From: a virus
Taxonomy: Duplodnaviria > Heunggongvirae > Uroviricota > Caudoviricetes > Straboviridae
Strand: one strand, 5' to 3'
IMG/VR virus record: IMGVR_UViG_638277085_000001
Location: 99,399 to 163,398 of that record
Length of the DNA stretch: 64,000 nucleotides
Position numbers and translations under genes: made by a program. Of this stretch, positions 56,019 through 64,000 are shown piece by piece; position 1 is the first letter of the stretch, and every line of letters begins with the position of its first letter. The notes under the pieces were generated by a model. It saw only the letters and a program-made list of their open reading frames with translations. It was not told the origin of the DNA and searched no databases.

Positions 56019-56280
56019 AGATGTACTCGGCAATGTAATCGAAATGAAAGATATTGTGTTTCGTCTTTCGAAAGAGAGATTATGCGTCGAACCGTGCATC
56101 GTAACCGGGTTTACACAGTACAAAGTGCTGTTAAATGATGGTCTTCAATGCGACCCAAATCGTGTCGTAGTTGTGACCGAACAAATTCAAAATAACGGTA
56201 TCGACTTGTGGTCAAACACACTCGAATTCAAATATCGTGAGTATATCATCAAAGGCTATAAACGCCTGCAAAATAAGTGA
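56011..56280 (+). CDS. hypothetical protein
   Basis: DVLGNVIE..DIV start pattern. Confidence 0.6.
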   Translation: MHKDVLGNVIEMKDIVFRLSKERLCVEPCIVTGFTQYKVLLNDGLQCDPNRVVVVTEQIQNNGIDLWSNTLEFKYREYIIKGYKRLQNK

Positions 56281-56287
56281 GAAAAAC

Positions 56288-56560
56288 ATGACATTCTTTC
56301 AAAAACTAGTAGCAATCTTCACCAACACTCCTCGTCCAACAGAAGACATTCTGGAAGACATGAATCAGAAAGCGAACGAACTTCGCGCACGTGCTCAATT
56401 TGACCAAGAACAAATTGAAGCAAACGAAGCTGAAGAGCGTCGCGCACGTGAAGAAGTAGAGCGTCGTGCGCAAGAACTAGCAGCGCGAAATGCCGTTCAT
56501 GCGCAGTCTAAAGAGCGTGCAGAACGTGTTGCGAAGCGAGTTGAAGAATTCACTGCGTAA
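56288..56560 (+). CDS. coiled-coil protein
   Basis: Glu/Arg/Ala-rich helix. Confidence 0.65.
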   Translation: MTFFQKLVAIFTNTPRPTEDILEDMNQKANELRARAQFDQEQIEANEAEERRAREEVERRAQELAARNAVHAQSKERAERVAKRVEEFTA

Positions 56561-56589
56561 TGTTCTAGAAACGTAACATAATCCCTAAA

Positions 56590-56638
56590 AAGCCCCGTTA
56601 ATGTGCTAATTCAGTAACATTATCACGGGGCTTTTTTG
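56590..56638 (+). terminator. long interrupted hairpin terminator
   Basis: AAAGCCCCGT-TAATGT...ACATTA-TC-ACGGGGCTTTTTT. Confidence 0.7.
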
Positions 56639-56646
56639 TGTCTGTC

Positions 56647-56653
56647 ATAAATA
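56647..56653 (+). promoter_or_regulatory. T4-type late promoter
   Basis: ATAAATA about 21 nt before the ATG. Confidence 0.6.
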
Positions 56654-56674
56654 CAAATAAAATGTGAGGATGCA

Positions 56675-57793
56675 ATGAAAAATCTAAAATCTTTTATGGA
56701 AGAACTTCAATCATTGAACGAAGTCTTCATTCGTGGCGGTCGACCACGAAACGGGTCTAAGGTTCTTGCGAACGGCAAGAATATTTGGGTGTGGAATAGC
56801 GATAGAGAGTTCGAACGTCTAGCGCCATTTATCAATCGTGAACTCGGAACCGACTTTGAAGAAGAGTACGATCTAGACTCTTGGTACGAAGAGGGCGCAC
56901 AAGCGGTATACGCGACGATTGAAAACGGCAAGCTAGATATGCAAGGGCAATCATCTTATCGCCCGTCTGTAGCGTCTGACACGCTTCGCAAGACTATTAA
57001 AGCCCTTAACCTGAACGGCGTGACTCGTCGAACGCAATCATTTAACCCTGATTACGATGAAGTTGAGCACGATTTCGAGACCGACCGTCGAGAATTCAAC
57101 AAGAAACTGTCTCAGAAGACGTTCTATCACGGTACATCGACTACGTTCATCGAATCAATGTTGAAATTTGGTCTGAAACCGAATCCGAATGAAACGCAAT
57201 TCGATAATATTGAACATGCTGATAAAGTCTTTATTACAACAGAACTTGACAAAGCAATGTTCCACGCGACACACTCAGCGAACCGAAACAACTCGTTCCC
57301 TGTGATTATCGAGCTACGTATTCCAGACGAAAGCAAGCTTGTATCTGATTATGACGTTGTAATTGATGTTCTAGGCGCTAATTCAGAAGAAGCATCCGAG
57401 CTTGGGTATGCTGACATCTTCTATCAAATGCCACATTCGCGTGGTGACGGTACGAAGTATCACAGAGACGACATCGAAAGTCGATTTGGTAAACGTCTAG
57501 GGGGATTGAGTACTCGCATCGGTATCTTCGGGTACAAAGGTCGAATCCCTGCAAGTCATTTCAATTTCATCTACGCTGACGGTGACGTGATCGAAGAGTC
57601 AATGCCAGAAATGTATTGGGAAATGGACGGCGAATTCGACATGGCAGAAATGCGTACTGAATCAGTCAATCACCGTTCGTTCGACTACTGGGATCAATTC
57701 AAACCCACTAAATTCATTGCTCACTTCGAAGAACTTTGGGATGATCTCAAAGATGAATACGAAGACGAGGAAGAAGACGAAGATTGGGACTAA
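56675..57793 (+). CDS. probable internal head protein with ADP-ribosyltransferase-like domain
   Basis: MKNLKSFMEE..LNE capsid-targeting-like N-terminus; FYHGTS...GLKPN, VFITT..AMFHA, IIELRIP. Confidence 0.6.
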   Translation: MKNLKSFMEELQSLNEVFIRGGRPRNGSKVLANGKNIWVWNSDREFERLAPFINRELGTDFEEEYDLDSWYEEGAQAVYATIENGKLDMQGQSSYRPSVASDTLRKTIKALNLNGVTRRTQSFNPDYDEVEHDFETDRREFNKKLSQKTFYHGTSTTFIESMLKFGLKPNPNETQFDNIEHADKVFITTELDKAMFHATHSANRNNSFPVIIELRIPDESKLVSDYDVVIDVLGANSEEASELGYADIFYQMPHSRGDGTKYHRDDIESRFGKRLGGLSTRIGIFGYKGRIPASHFNFIYADGDVIEESMPEMYWEMDGEFDMAEMRTESVNHRSFDYWDQFKPTKFIAHFEELWDDLKDEYEDEEEDEDWD

Positions 57794-57799
57794 ATACTA

Positions 57800-57823
57800 G
57801 GGAGCAATAACGCTCCCTTTTTT
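57800..57823 (+). terminator. intrinsic terminator
   Basis: GGGAGC-AATAAC-GCTCCC-TTTTTT. Confidence 0.85.
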
Positions 57824-57834
57824 AGGACTGAATC

Positions 57835-58320
57835 ATGTATAAATGTAAACATTTCAAAATCCAAGAGCTTGTAACTCCACAAATGCACGCTGCATGGGGT
57901 GAAAGATGTTGGTCACTTTTCGACGACCGTCTATTACGCACGCTAGACGCGCTCAGAGAACGTTTCGGTCCCTGCACCATAAACGATTGGAGTTGGGGCG
58001 GATCGTTCAAATACAGCGGTTTCAGAGACGAAAACTTCTACGGATCGACACAAAAGTACCTTGATAGCCGTTCTCAGCACAAATACGGTCGTGCAGCCGA
58101 CTGCAAATTCAGAAATCACACCGCAGATCAAGTGCGTAAATACATCTTAGAGAACCCAGAAGAATTCCCTTATGTGAAATTCATTGAATGTAGCCCGCTT
58201 GCAAACGGAACATCTATGTCATGGGTTCACATCGACGTACGTAACAGCGAAGATGTTCAATGTTGGTCTCCAAAAGAAGGCTTTATTGATGCTGACGAAG
58301 TAATCCGCAGAAAACTTTAG
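57835..58320 (+). CDS. peptidase M15 family (endolysin-like)
   Basis: SGFR, SQH..GRAAD, WVHIDVR zinc motifs. Confidence 0.85.
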   Translation: MYKCKHFKIQELVTPQMHAAWGERCWSLFDDRLLRTLDALRERFGPCTINDWSWGGSFKYSGFRDENFYGSTQKYLDSRSQHKYGRAADCKFRNHTADQVRKYILENPEEFPYVKFIECSPLANGTSMSWVHIDVRNSEDVQCWSPKEGFIDADEVIRRKL

Positions 58321-58384
58321 TTTATCTGCCGATACATTGCCGTTACTATAAATCTGTCAAACAACACAACAAAAGGTCTACTAC

Positions 58385-59092
58385 ATGGGCAAAAAGAAGA
58401 ACTCTGAAGAACGCACACTACAACGCATTGAGTTACTGACCTTCAACCAAGAGCAATACGCGGCTGCATTGCAGGAAGAAGTCGGTGAAGACGGCTCAGG
58501 TGCATTTGTATTTGCGATTGGTTCTGCGGGTACAGGTAAGACATGGCTTGCAACGACTCTAGGTGCAGACATGTACTCAGCTTTTGACTACACCGAATTC
58601 ATCATCTTGAAGCCGACGCTTTCATGCGGTGAAGAACTCGGTTACTTACCCGGTACTCTTGAAGAAAAGATGGAACCTTGGATTCAAACAGTAACGCAGC
58701 CATTGAAAGACCGACTAGGCGCAGATAAATTCAAATGCGACTGGAACAAACGCATTCACGCTGAACCTATTCAATTCGTTCGAGGCAAGACATTCGACAA
58801 CTGTTTCATCGTCGTCGATGAAGCTCAGAACTTAACTAAAACTGAAATTCAGACCATCATGACTCGTATCGGCGAGAATACGAAAATGGTTTTCTGCGGC
58901 GACTTGAAACAAGACGACCATAAGATGATCTATCGTACTGGTCAGAAAGAAATCAGTGGTCTAGCGTGGATGGTAAATGAAATTCGTAATCAGCAACGCT
59001 CAGGCATCGAGATTATTGAGTTCACAAACAAGGACGTAGTTCGTTCTGGTGCTTGTAAGCTTGCTCTTGACATCATCGACAAGGCTCAATAA
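58385..59092 (+). CDS. phoH: PhoH-family ATPase
   Basis: GSAGTGKT, LGYLPG...EKM.PW, RGKTFDN, DEAQN, TRIG, GD..Q.D, VVRS. Confidence 0.93.
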   Translation: MGKKKNSEERTLQRIELLTFNQEQYAAALQEEVGEDGSGAFVFAIGSAGTGKTWLATTLGADMYSAFDYTEFIILKPTLSCGEELGYLPGTLEEKMEPWIQTVTQPLKDRLGADKFKCDWNKRIHAEPIQFVRGKTFDNCFIVVDEAQNLTKTEIQTIMTRIGENTKMVFCGDLKQDDHKMIYRTGQKEISGLAWMVNEIRNQQRSGIEIIEFTNKDVVRSGACKLALDIIDKAQ

Positions 59093-59400
59093 TGGGAAAA
59101 ATGATTGTAAATCAGACTGTGAAAATCACTGATACAGGCAATTTCAATACACTAGTCAAGCACTGGTATTCAGTCGGCGGAACTAACGATTCGGTTGAGC
59201 TTCAATTAGAAGTCGGCGAAATCGTTAACATCAAGTCGTTCCAAGACCCAACAGTTCCTGGTGGCGTGTATTCTCACATCACAAAAACTTCGAAACATTA
59301 CACGAACGTGCTAGGCGTTTTAATTCAAGACCGTAATTCACCGGATTACGACATGAAGAAAGACCGACATAGAATTCAGGTAACTTCGAAACTCAATTAA
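59092..59400 (+). CDS. hypothetical protein
   Basis: TAATG-coupled. Confidence 0.6.
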   Translation: MGKMIVNQTVKITDTGNFNTLVKHWYSVGGTNDSVELQLEVGEIVNIKSFQDPTVPGGVYSHITKTSKHYTNVLGVLIQDRNSPDYDMKKDRHRIQVTSKLN

Positions 59401-59401
59401 C

Positions 59402-59425
59402 AAAGCGCCTCCGGGCGCTTTTTTT
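59402..59425 (+). terminator. intrinsic terminator
   Basis: AAAGCGCC-TCCG-GGCGCTTT-TTTT. Confidence 0.85.
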
Positions 59426-59474
59426 GTTTAGAACTCCCTAAACTTACATTAAAATATCTAGACGGGAGGTGTCG

Positions 59475-59690
59475 ATGAAAGACAAGCAACAATTGAAAGT
59501 TCGATGTTCTATTCATATCGCAGAACAACTAATGCAGTTACCCGAATTTCGTGACATGTCGGTTACGAAAATCTTCCAAACACTATCTACAGATTATCTC
59601 AACAAGAGTGCGTTTCAGCACGTCGGGGCGATTAATGGAAAGAGCAGAAATCATCATTCCTACGAAAAGTGTAAGGAATGCGGGGTATGA
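59475..59690 (+). CDS. small putative DNA-binding protein
   Basis: GGAGG RBS; ribbon-helix-helix-like layout (weak). Confidence 0.5.
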   Translation: MKDKQQLKVRCSIHIAEQLMQLPEFRDMSVTKIFQTLSTDYLNKSAFQHVGAINGKSRNHHSYEKCKECGV

Positions 59691-60366
59691 GTTCGAAGTG
59701 ATCGATACTAGCAAACTCGATCACTATCACGTGCGCTGTGTTACAAACACACTGTACGATAATAGAATCAAAGGGTCAAAACTAGATGGGTTCAGAGCAG
59801 AAATTACGCTAATGGACGCGGAATCACTAGTTTTTTTAAACTCGATGAATCTATATGCTAACTTCACTGAATCTAACAGAGCAAACAACGGCATGAAGCG
59901 TATCAAATCGGCAAGATACGACTATCATCATTATTATCAGCAACAAGAAGATTGGTTCAAATCAATATTACGTCAACACAAAATCAAAGTGAAATATCCA
60001 AACGGAGAGACTCGCGAGAAATTACCGATGTTCTACACGTGCGGATTGCGACTTTCGAACGTTCGACGTTCAGCGGATAAAGCATGTGCAATGCTCGTTC
60101 TAGATGAGAATCAAAAGCCGAAGCTGTATGCATTTGCAATAGGTAAACTTAGGTATGTTGTAGACGCTTATGACAAGACCGCTAACCTAAACTGTCCAGC
60201 GCAGATCGGGAAGAAGACGGTTGACGTTATTGAGTGTTTAGACTATAATGATGAAGACGATTGGAATGATGAAAATGAACTCGAAGAAGTTCACAAAAAG
60301 ATTGTTATTCCAGATGTATCCGATTTAGATAAAGTATTAATGTCGTTAGACGAAGAAGAGTTTTAA
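59635..60366 (+). CDS. hypothetical protein
   Basis: ATG 59635; acidic C-terminus. Confidence 0.65.
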   Translation: MERAEIIIPTKSVRNAGYEFEVIDTSKLDHYHVRCVTNTLYDNRIKGSKLDGFRAEITLMDAESLVFLNSMNLYANFTESNRANNGMKRIKSARYDYHHYYQQQEDWFKSILRQHKIKVKYPNGETREKLPMFYTCGLRLSNVRRSADKACAMLVLDENQKPKLYAFAIGKLRYVVDAYDKTANLNCPAQIGKKTVDVIECLDYNDEDDWNDENELEEVHKKIVIPDVSDLDKVLMSLDEEEF

Positions 60367-60369
60367 TTT

Positions 60370-60669
60370 ATGAAAGAAGTATCAACAACAACTTACAAAA
60401 GCACTCCAGAACTGGCTCTTGATATTGCAGCATATGCATCACTGTTAGTCAAGATGGGATATGATGAGTGTGTCACAAATCAGAAACTCTTTGTTGAAAT
60501 GTGCAATGAAGCAGGATTTAGAACCACAACGGGCAAAGAATTCACGCAGATGTCTTTTCGACAAATGTTTGCTCGTCTTCCGCAAGGGACTAAGCGCGAA
60601 GTTCGTGAATCGTTCTCGTGGGGTAATGTCCCGCAAGGTGAATCAATTTTAGAAAGCATTTATGTTTAA
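60370..60669 (+). CDS. asiA: anti-sigma70 factor AsiA
   Basis: ASLLVKM, V.N...F....NE.G, GKEFTQMSFRQ...L....K.....F align with T4 AsiA; T4-like position opposite the tail fibre/lysis genes. Confidence 0.8.
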   Translation: MKEVSTTTYKSTPELALDIAAYASLLVKMGYDECVTNQKLFVEMCNEAGFRTTTGKEFTQMSFRQMFARLPQGTKREVRESFSWGNVPQGESILESIYV

Positions 60670-60677
60670 GGTAAATT

Positions 60678-60974
60678 ATGAATTTTGGAAATGCACTTGA
60701 ATCTTTAAAAGCCGGTCGAAAAATATCACGCGAAGGTTGGAATGGTAAGGGTATGTTTATCGTTCTTATGCCAGCACTTTACTTGCCGCCTTTTAGCACG
60801 CAAGACACAATGCGAAAAGTCAATGATCGAACTGCAAAACACATCGGCGAAGATACGCCATTAGACAGTCAACCGTATATTGCAATGTTCACGGCTGAAC
60901 AGAAATGGCAACCTGGGTGGGTAGCGTCTCAAGCTGATATTTTAGCTGAAGATTGGGTCGTTCACGACGAATAA
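60678..60974 (+). CDS. DUF2829 / Tad2-like signalling-molecule sponge
   Basis: MNFG.ALE.LK.G.KI.R.GWNGKGMF and W.ASQ.D.LAEDW. Confidence 0.75.
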   Translation: MNFGNALESLKAGRKISREGWNGKGMFIVLMPALYLPPFSTQDTMRKVNDRTAKHIGEDTPLDSQPYIAMFTAEQKWQPGWVASQADILAEDWVVHDE

Positions 60975-60976
60975 AG

Positions 60977-61012
60977 AAAAGGGAGAGTACAACTGTTACT
61001 CTCCCTTTTTTT
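60977..61012. terminator. bidirectional terminator
   Basis: AAAAGGGAGAGT...ACTCTCCCTTTTTTT between convergent genes. Confidence 0.85.
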
Positions 61013-61014
61013 GG

Positions 61015-61590
61015 TCACTGTACTTTCTTAGTTCGCTTGTCAATCTCTTGAACTTTACTTTCAAGATTGTCAATACGAGTATTAAGCATTTCTCCATCTT
61101 TCCCCGTAAAGCGGTCAGTTGAATCAATGTTAATCAATGTCTCGACTCTGGCTAAATCAGTCTCAATCTTAGAGTAACGTGAATGGGTACCGTCTATCTT
61201 AGTAATAATGGCGTTCTGAGTGTTTTTAATACTCTCCACTGAGTTTACTAGATTTTTGTCGCCCAACTCTGACGCACTCCTCAATGCTCTTACTTCGCTC
61301 TCAAGACTACCATAGTTTACAAGCACTTGATCTTGCTTTTTAACGATAAGAGCTTGCGCTCCTTCTAAGCCAATCAGTTGTTGTGCCTGCGTTGCGTTTG
61401 TTAGTTTGATGTCAGTTATTTCTTGCATGATTTTAGCGTTTTGAGCAACTGCGGTTTTACCTTGTTCTTGGACAACTTGTAATGCTTCTTGCATACTACC
61501 GTAGTTTGTCGCAACGCTCATTGAGGTGATAGCCAGAGGGATAAGAATAGTACCTATAACAGCTAACAAAAATTGCGCCATTTTACTCAT
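61015..61590 (-). CDS. membrane-anchored coiled-coil late protein (at the position of T4 holin t)
   Basis: N-terminal TM, long coiled coil; AGGA RBS; directly downstream of the tail fibre. Confidence 0.55.
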   Translation of the reverse strand: MSKMAQFLLAVIGTILIPLAITSMSVATNYGSMQEALQVVQEQGKTAVAQNAKIMQEITDIKLTNATQAQQLIGLEGAQALIVKKQDQVLVNYGSLESEVRALRSASELGDKNLVNSVESIKNTQNAIITKIDGTHSRYSKIETDLARVETLINIDSTDRFTGKDGEMLNTRIDNLESKVQEIDKRTKKVQ

Positions 61591-61637
61591 AGTATTGGTT
61601 CCTATGTTGGTTTATCTTATTCTCTGACTGTCAGGTG

Positions 61638-61645
61638 TATTTATA
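61638..61645 (-). promoter_or_regulatory. T4 late promoter TATAAATA
   Basis: Exact consensus on the minus strand overlapping the tail fibre stop. Confidence 0.7.
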
Positions 61646-63998
61646 AACGAAGCAACTTCTTCCACCATGGGCGTTTAAGCTCTTGTACTTCGTTCTGAAG
61701 CGTGTCTACTTTTTCATTAAGCTCTTTAATAGCTTCAATCAAAAGACCGTTCATATTGCCGTACGCGACTGATAGAATACGATCTTCGTCGTCACTTTCC
61801 ATCACTGCTTCTGGCAGTACTTTTTCCACTTCTTGCGCAATCACACCCGTTTCACGAATATATTCGTCGGAATCGAATGAACTACGCTTGTCATATGTAT
61901 ACCCGTTTAATTCACCTACTTTATTGAGTGCATTGTCAATAAGCTTGATGTTTTTCTTCAAACGTCGGTCCGAGTACGCTGTCACGTTACCCGGCGCAGT
62001 GAAGTTACCAGTTGAATACTGGAATGACCATTGCTTAGTCGTTGAGCTATTCAGCGACGAAACGATCTGAGCCGTATGCGCTCCTGAAGAACTCAAAATT
62101 GCACCGAATGAGTGCTGATAACGACCACCCGAGTGGTTAATATCACCTTTCATAAAAGCATGATATTCACTAGTACCCGAACTTGATTTGTAGTGATAAA
62201 ATGGGGCTTGTGACGTGTAATGCGAAGCATACGAATAAGATGCCGCAGATCCGTAAGCCGTCATCCTACCCGTAGACAACAATGCACTTTGAACTGTTAC
62301 ATCAGTAAAGTCATTCCCATAGTTGACAATCAAGTTTGACGTTGTACCTACTAATGCTCGCTTATCACGAATCTTGAAATCTTGACCGCCATTTGAGCTA
62401 ATCAAAGAAGACCCGAGATAGGTTGCTGTGGTAGCAGTCGTAGCCGATGTCGCCGTCGTAGCGTTGCCACTCAGAGAACCCACGAATGTCGGCGCTGTTA
62501 CACTATGCGCAAACACCGCAGTTCCGTTTTCGTTCAATCTGAAATCATCAGATGCACTACCGTTGTATCTAAACGCCATGACACCGTTTTGATGGTCAAG
62601 CTGCCAGTAGTTATCGCTGTACGTACTGTCCATCAAGTTCAACTGAACGTTTGTGTGTCGAATCGTCAACTGTCCATTGATCGTATCCCCTGCTTTGCTA
62701 ACCGCACCAATTTCAGCCAATGACCATGCAACGTTAGCAGATCCGTTTACTGATTTGCCAGTATTACCGATTGTCAATGTACGAGCATTAGCCCATGTCG
62801 TTGCTGTACTTGCATTCCCACTCAGTGGGCCTACAAAGCTACCACTCATAGTCCCACCGATAACTGATATATTACCAGACGAATTGCAGTCTAGGCGAAT
62901 GTCATAATCAGCCGTGCTATTAGTCGTGTGGAAATCAATATATCTCGCAACTTCAAGCACACCAGCAGATGTAACTTTTGCTAGGTATTTGTTAACAATC
63001 CCTGCGAATGTTTGAGTTGTCGAGAACTCGGAATTTTGTGCAAATCGAGCATCGGATTCAGATTCAGTGTAGTACCGACCATCGTGAGTATGAGAGTCAT
63101 TTGCCACAGTAACTGTCATTGTCGCATTTGAGCTACCGTCAAACGAAACTGCGCCACTTACATCGCCGTTTAGCGTCAGCGTACGAGCAGTAGTCCATTT
63201 GTCAGCATTTGGATGATAACCGTCATGAAACACATTGTTGCTTCCGTATTTCAAAACCCCATCAACTGAAGACAATACCCCGTCAATACCCCAGAAATTT
63301 GAGTGATAGTTGCCGCCCGTATTGACAAACTCATGGTAAACTTCAACAGTATAGTTCGATGTGTGCCATGTCGAAACAGCAGGATCGCCATCTACATCAA
63401 TGAAGAAATTGATTCTATTACTACTTGCCGCAGATTGAGTAGTATTAACAACCGTCCATGCACCGTTGATATTAGTGAATGTCGCGCTAGATGCCGAGTC
63501 AGTAGTTCCAGTGCCCGTAATTACAGCTCGTACACGGATAGAACCTTGCGTAATCGCAGCCCCATTTTGGTCTAACAACTTAGCAGGAGCATTGATGTTT
63601 ACTGCATAGTCTCGGCGATACTTGTACATCCCTCCGTAGAAATCACCCGTGATCTCTTTAGCTGTCCATGTTACATTACTCGTACCATCTACTGACTTAC
63701 CAGTGTTACCGATTGTCAACGTCCTTGCAGTTGTCCATTTATCAGCATTCGGGTGATAAGCATCGTGAAACACACGTTGGTTTACTTTCGCGAAAATCTC
63801 ACCTTCAACTTCAAGACCAGCAGGTGATGCAATTGAGCCATTATCACGAATGATCAATGCTTGACCGTTGCCACCAGCCGTGTTAATATCACCGTCAGTG
63901 ATCTCGTGAATCAACTCAAGGTTTTGACCAGCACTTGTAATCCAGTTGATGCCTGAATTGTTGTTTGCGTAATCAGTTTCATTGAAACTCAAACGCCC
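61641..63998 (-). CDS. long tail fibre distal subunit with C-terminal S74 intramolecular chaperone (5'-partial)
   Basis: Frame is open to the window edge; repeated HPNADKWTTARTL modules; AYSDRRLKKNI, GVIAQEVEKVLPEAV, AYGNMNGLLIEAIKEL. Confidence 0.9.
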   Translation of the reverse strand, partial: GRLSFNETDYANNNSGINWITSAGQNLELIHEITDGDINTAGGNGQALIIRDNGSIASPAGLEVEGEIFAKVNQRVFHDAYHPNADKWTTARTLTIGNTGKSVDGTSNVTWTAKEITGDFYGGMYKYRRDYAVNINAPAKLLDQNGAAITQGSIRVRAVITGTGTTDSASSATFTNINGAWTVVNTTQSAASSNRINFFIDVDGDPAVSTWHTSNYTVEVYHEFVNTGGNYHSNFWGIDGVLSSVDGVLKYGSNNVFHDGYHPNADKWTTARTLTLNGDVSGAVSFDGSSNATMTVTVANDSHTHDGRYYTESESDARFAQNSEFSTTQTFAGIVNKYLAKVTSAGVLEVARYIDFHTTNSTADYDIRLDCNSSGNISVIGGTMSGSFVGPLSGNASTATTWANARTLTIGNTGKSVNGSANVAWSLAEIGAVSKAGDTINGQLTIRHTNVQLNLMDSTYSDNYWQLDHQNGVMAFRYNGSASDDFRLNENGTAVFAHSVTAPTFVGSLSGNATTATSATTATTATYLGSSLISSNGGQDFKIRDKRALVGTTSNLIVNYGNDFTDVTVQSALLSTGRMTAYGSAASYSYASHYTSQAPFYHYKSSSGTSEYHAFMKGDINHSGGRYQHSFGAILSSSGAHTAQIVSSLNSSTTKQWSFQYSTGNFTAPGNVTAYSDRRLKKNIKLIDNALNKVGELNGYTYDKRSSFDSDEYIRETGVIAQEVEKVLPEAVMESDDEDRILSVAYGNMNGLLIEAIKELNEKVDTLQNEVQELKRPWWKKLLRL

Positions 63999-64000
63999 GC

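Noticed and set aside
61015-61590. Naming this gene holin t
   Set aside because: Only position and one TM segment agree; no sequence resemblance to T4 t was recognised.
1-64000. tRNA/rRNA genes, transposases, integrases, and the many short opposite-strand ORFs in the track
   Set aside because: No cloverleaf or catalytic motifs were recognised by eye (tRNAscan-SE not run). The nested opposite-strand ORFs overlap better-supported genes and lack an RBS.

Overview
64 kb of a large lytic T4-like myophage genome. The host is probably a marine gammaproteobacterium; gene content resembles KVP40-type vibriophages, but that is inference only. Bases 1-31 kb are a hyperplastic early region of short co-oriented ORFs punctuated by about 20 sigma70 promoters. 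At least eight of these promoters have their -35 box inside a terminator hairpin, and many share a CATCGAAACGA start and an AGAGAGAACATTATG leader. Recognisable genes are tk, denV, nadR, pnuC, nadV, a CYTH protein, two 2OG-Fe(II) oxygenases, a regB-like gene, nrdA/nrdB/glutaredoxin, an SLT, an AAA ATPase, topoisomerase gp52, queE, an M15 peptidase, phoH, asiA, a Tad2/DUF2829 protein and a 5'-truncated S74-chaperoned tail fibre. The most striking feature is at 31.9-38.3 kb. A late-promoter gene encodes a protein that is mostly Ser/Thr: a short head module followed by 14 tetrapeptides, one Gly and 14 more tetrapeptides. It leads a tightly coupled tailoring cluster (coiled-coil protein, two glycosyltransferase-like proteins, a QueC-like ATPase, a degenerate NAMPT-like protein and two radical SAM enzymes). 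A second GT4 plus radical SAM module lies at 44-46.4 kb. This may be a virion-protein (adhesin) modification system or a RiPP-like system. All family calls come from motif recognition by eye; no database searches were run. I corrected many start codons relative to the ORF track.
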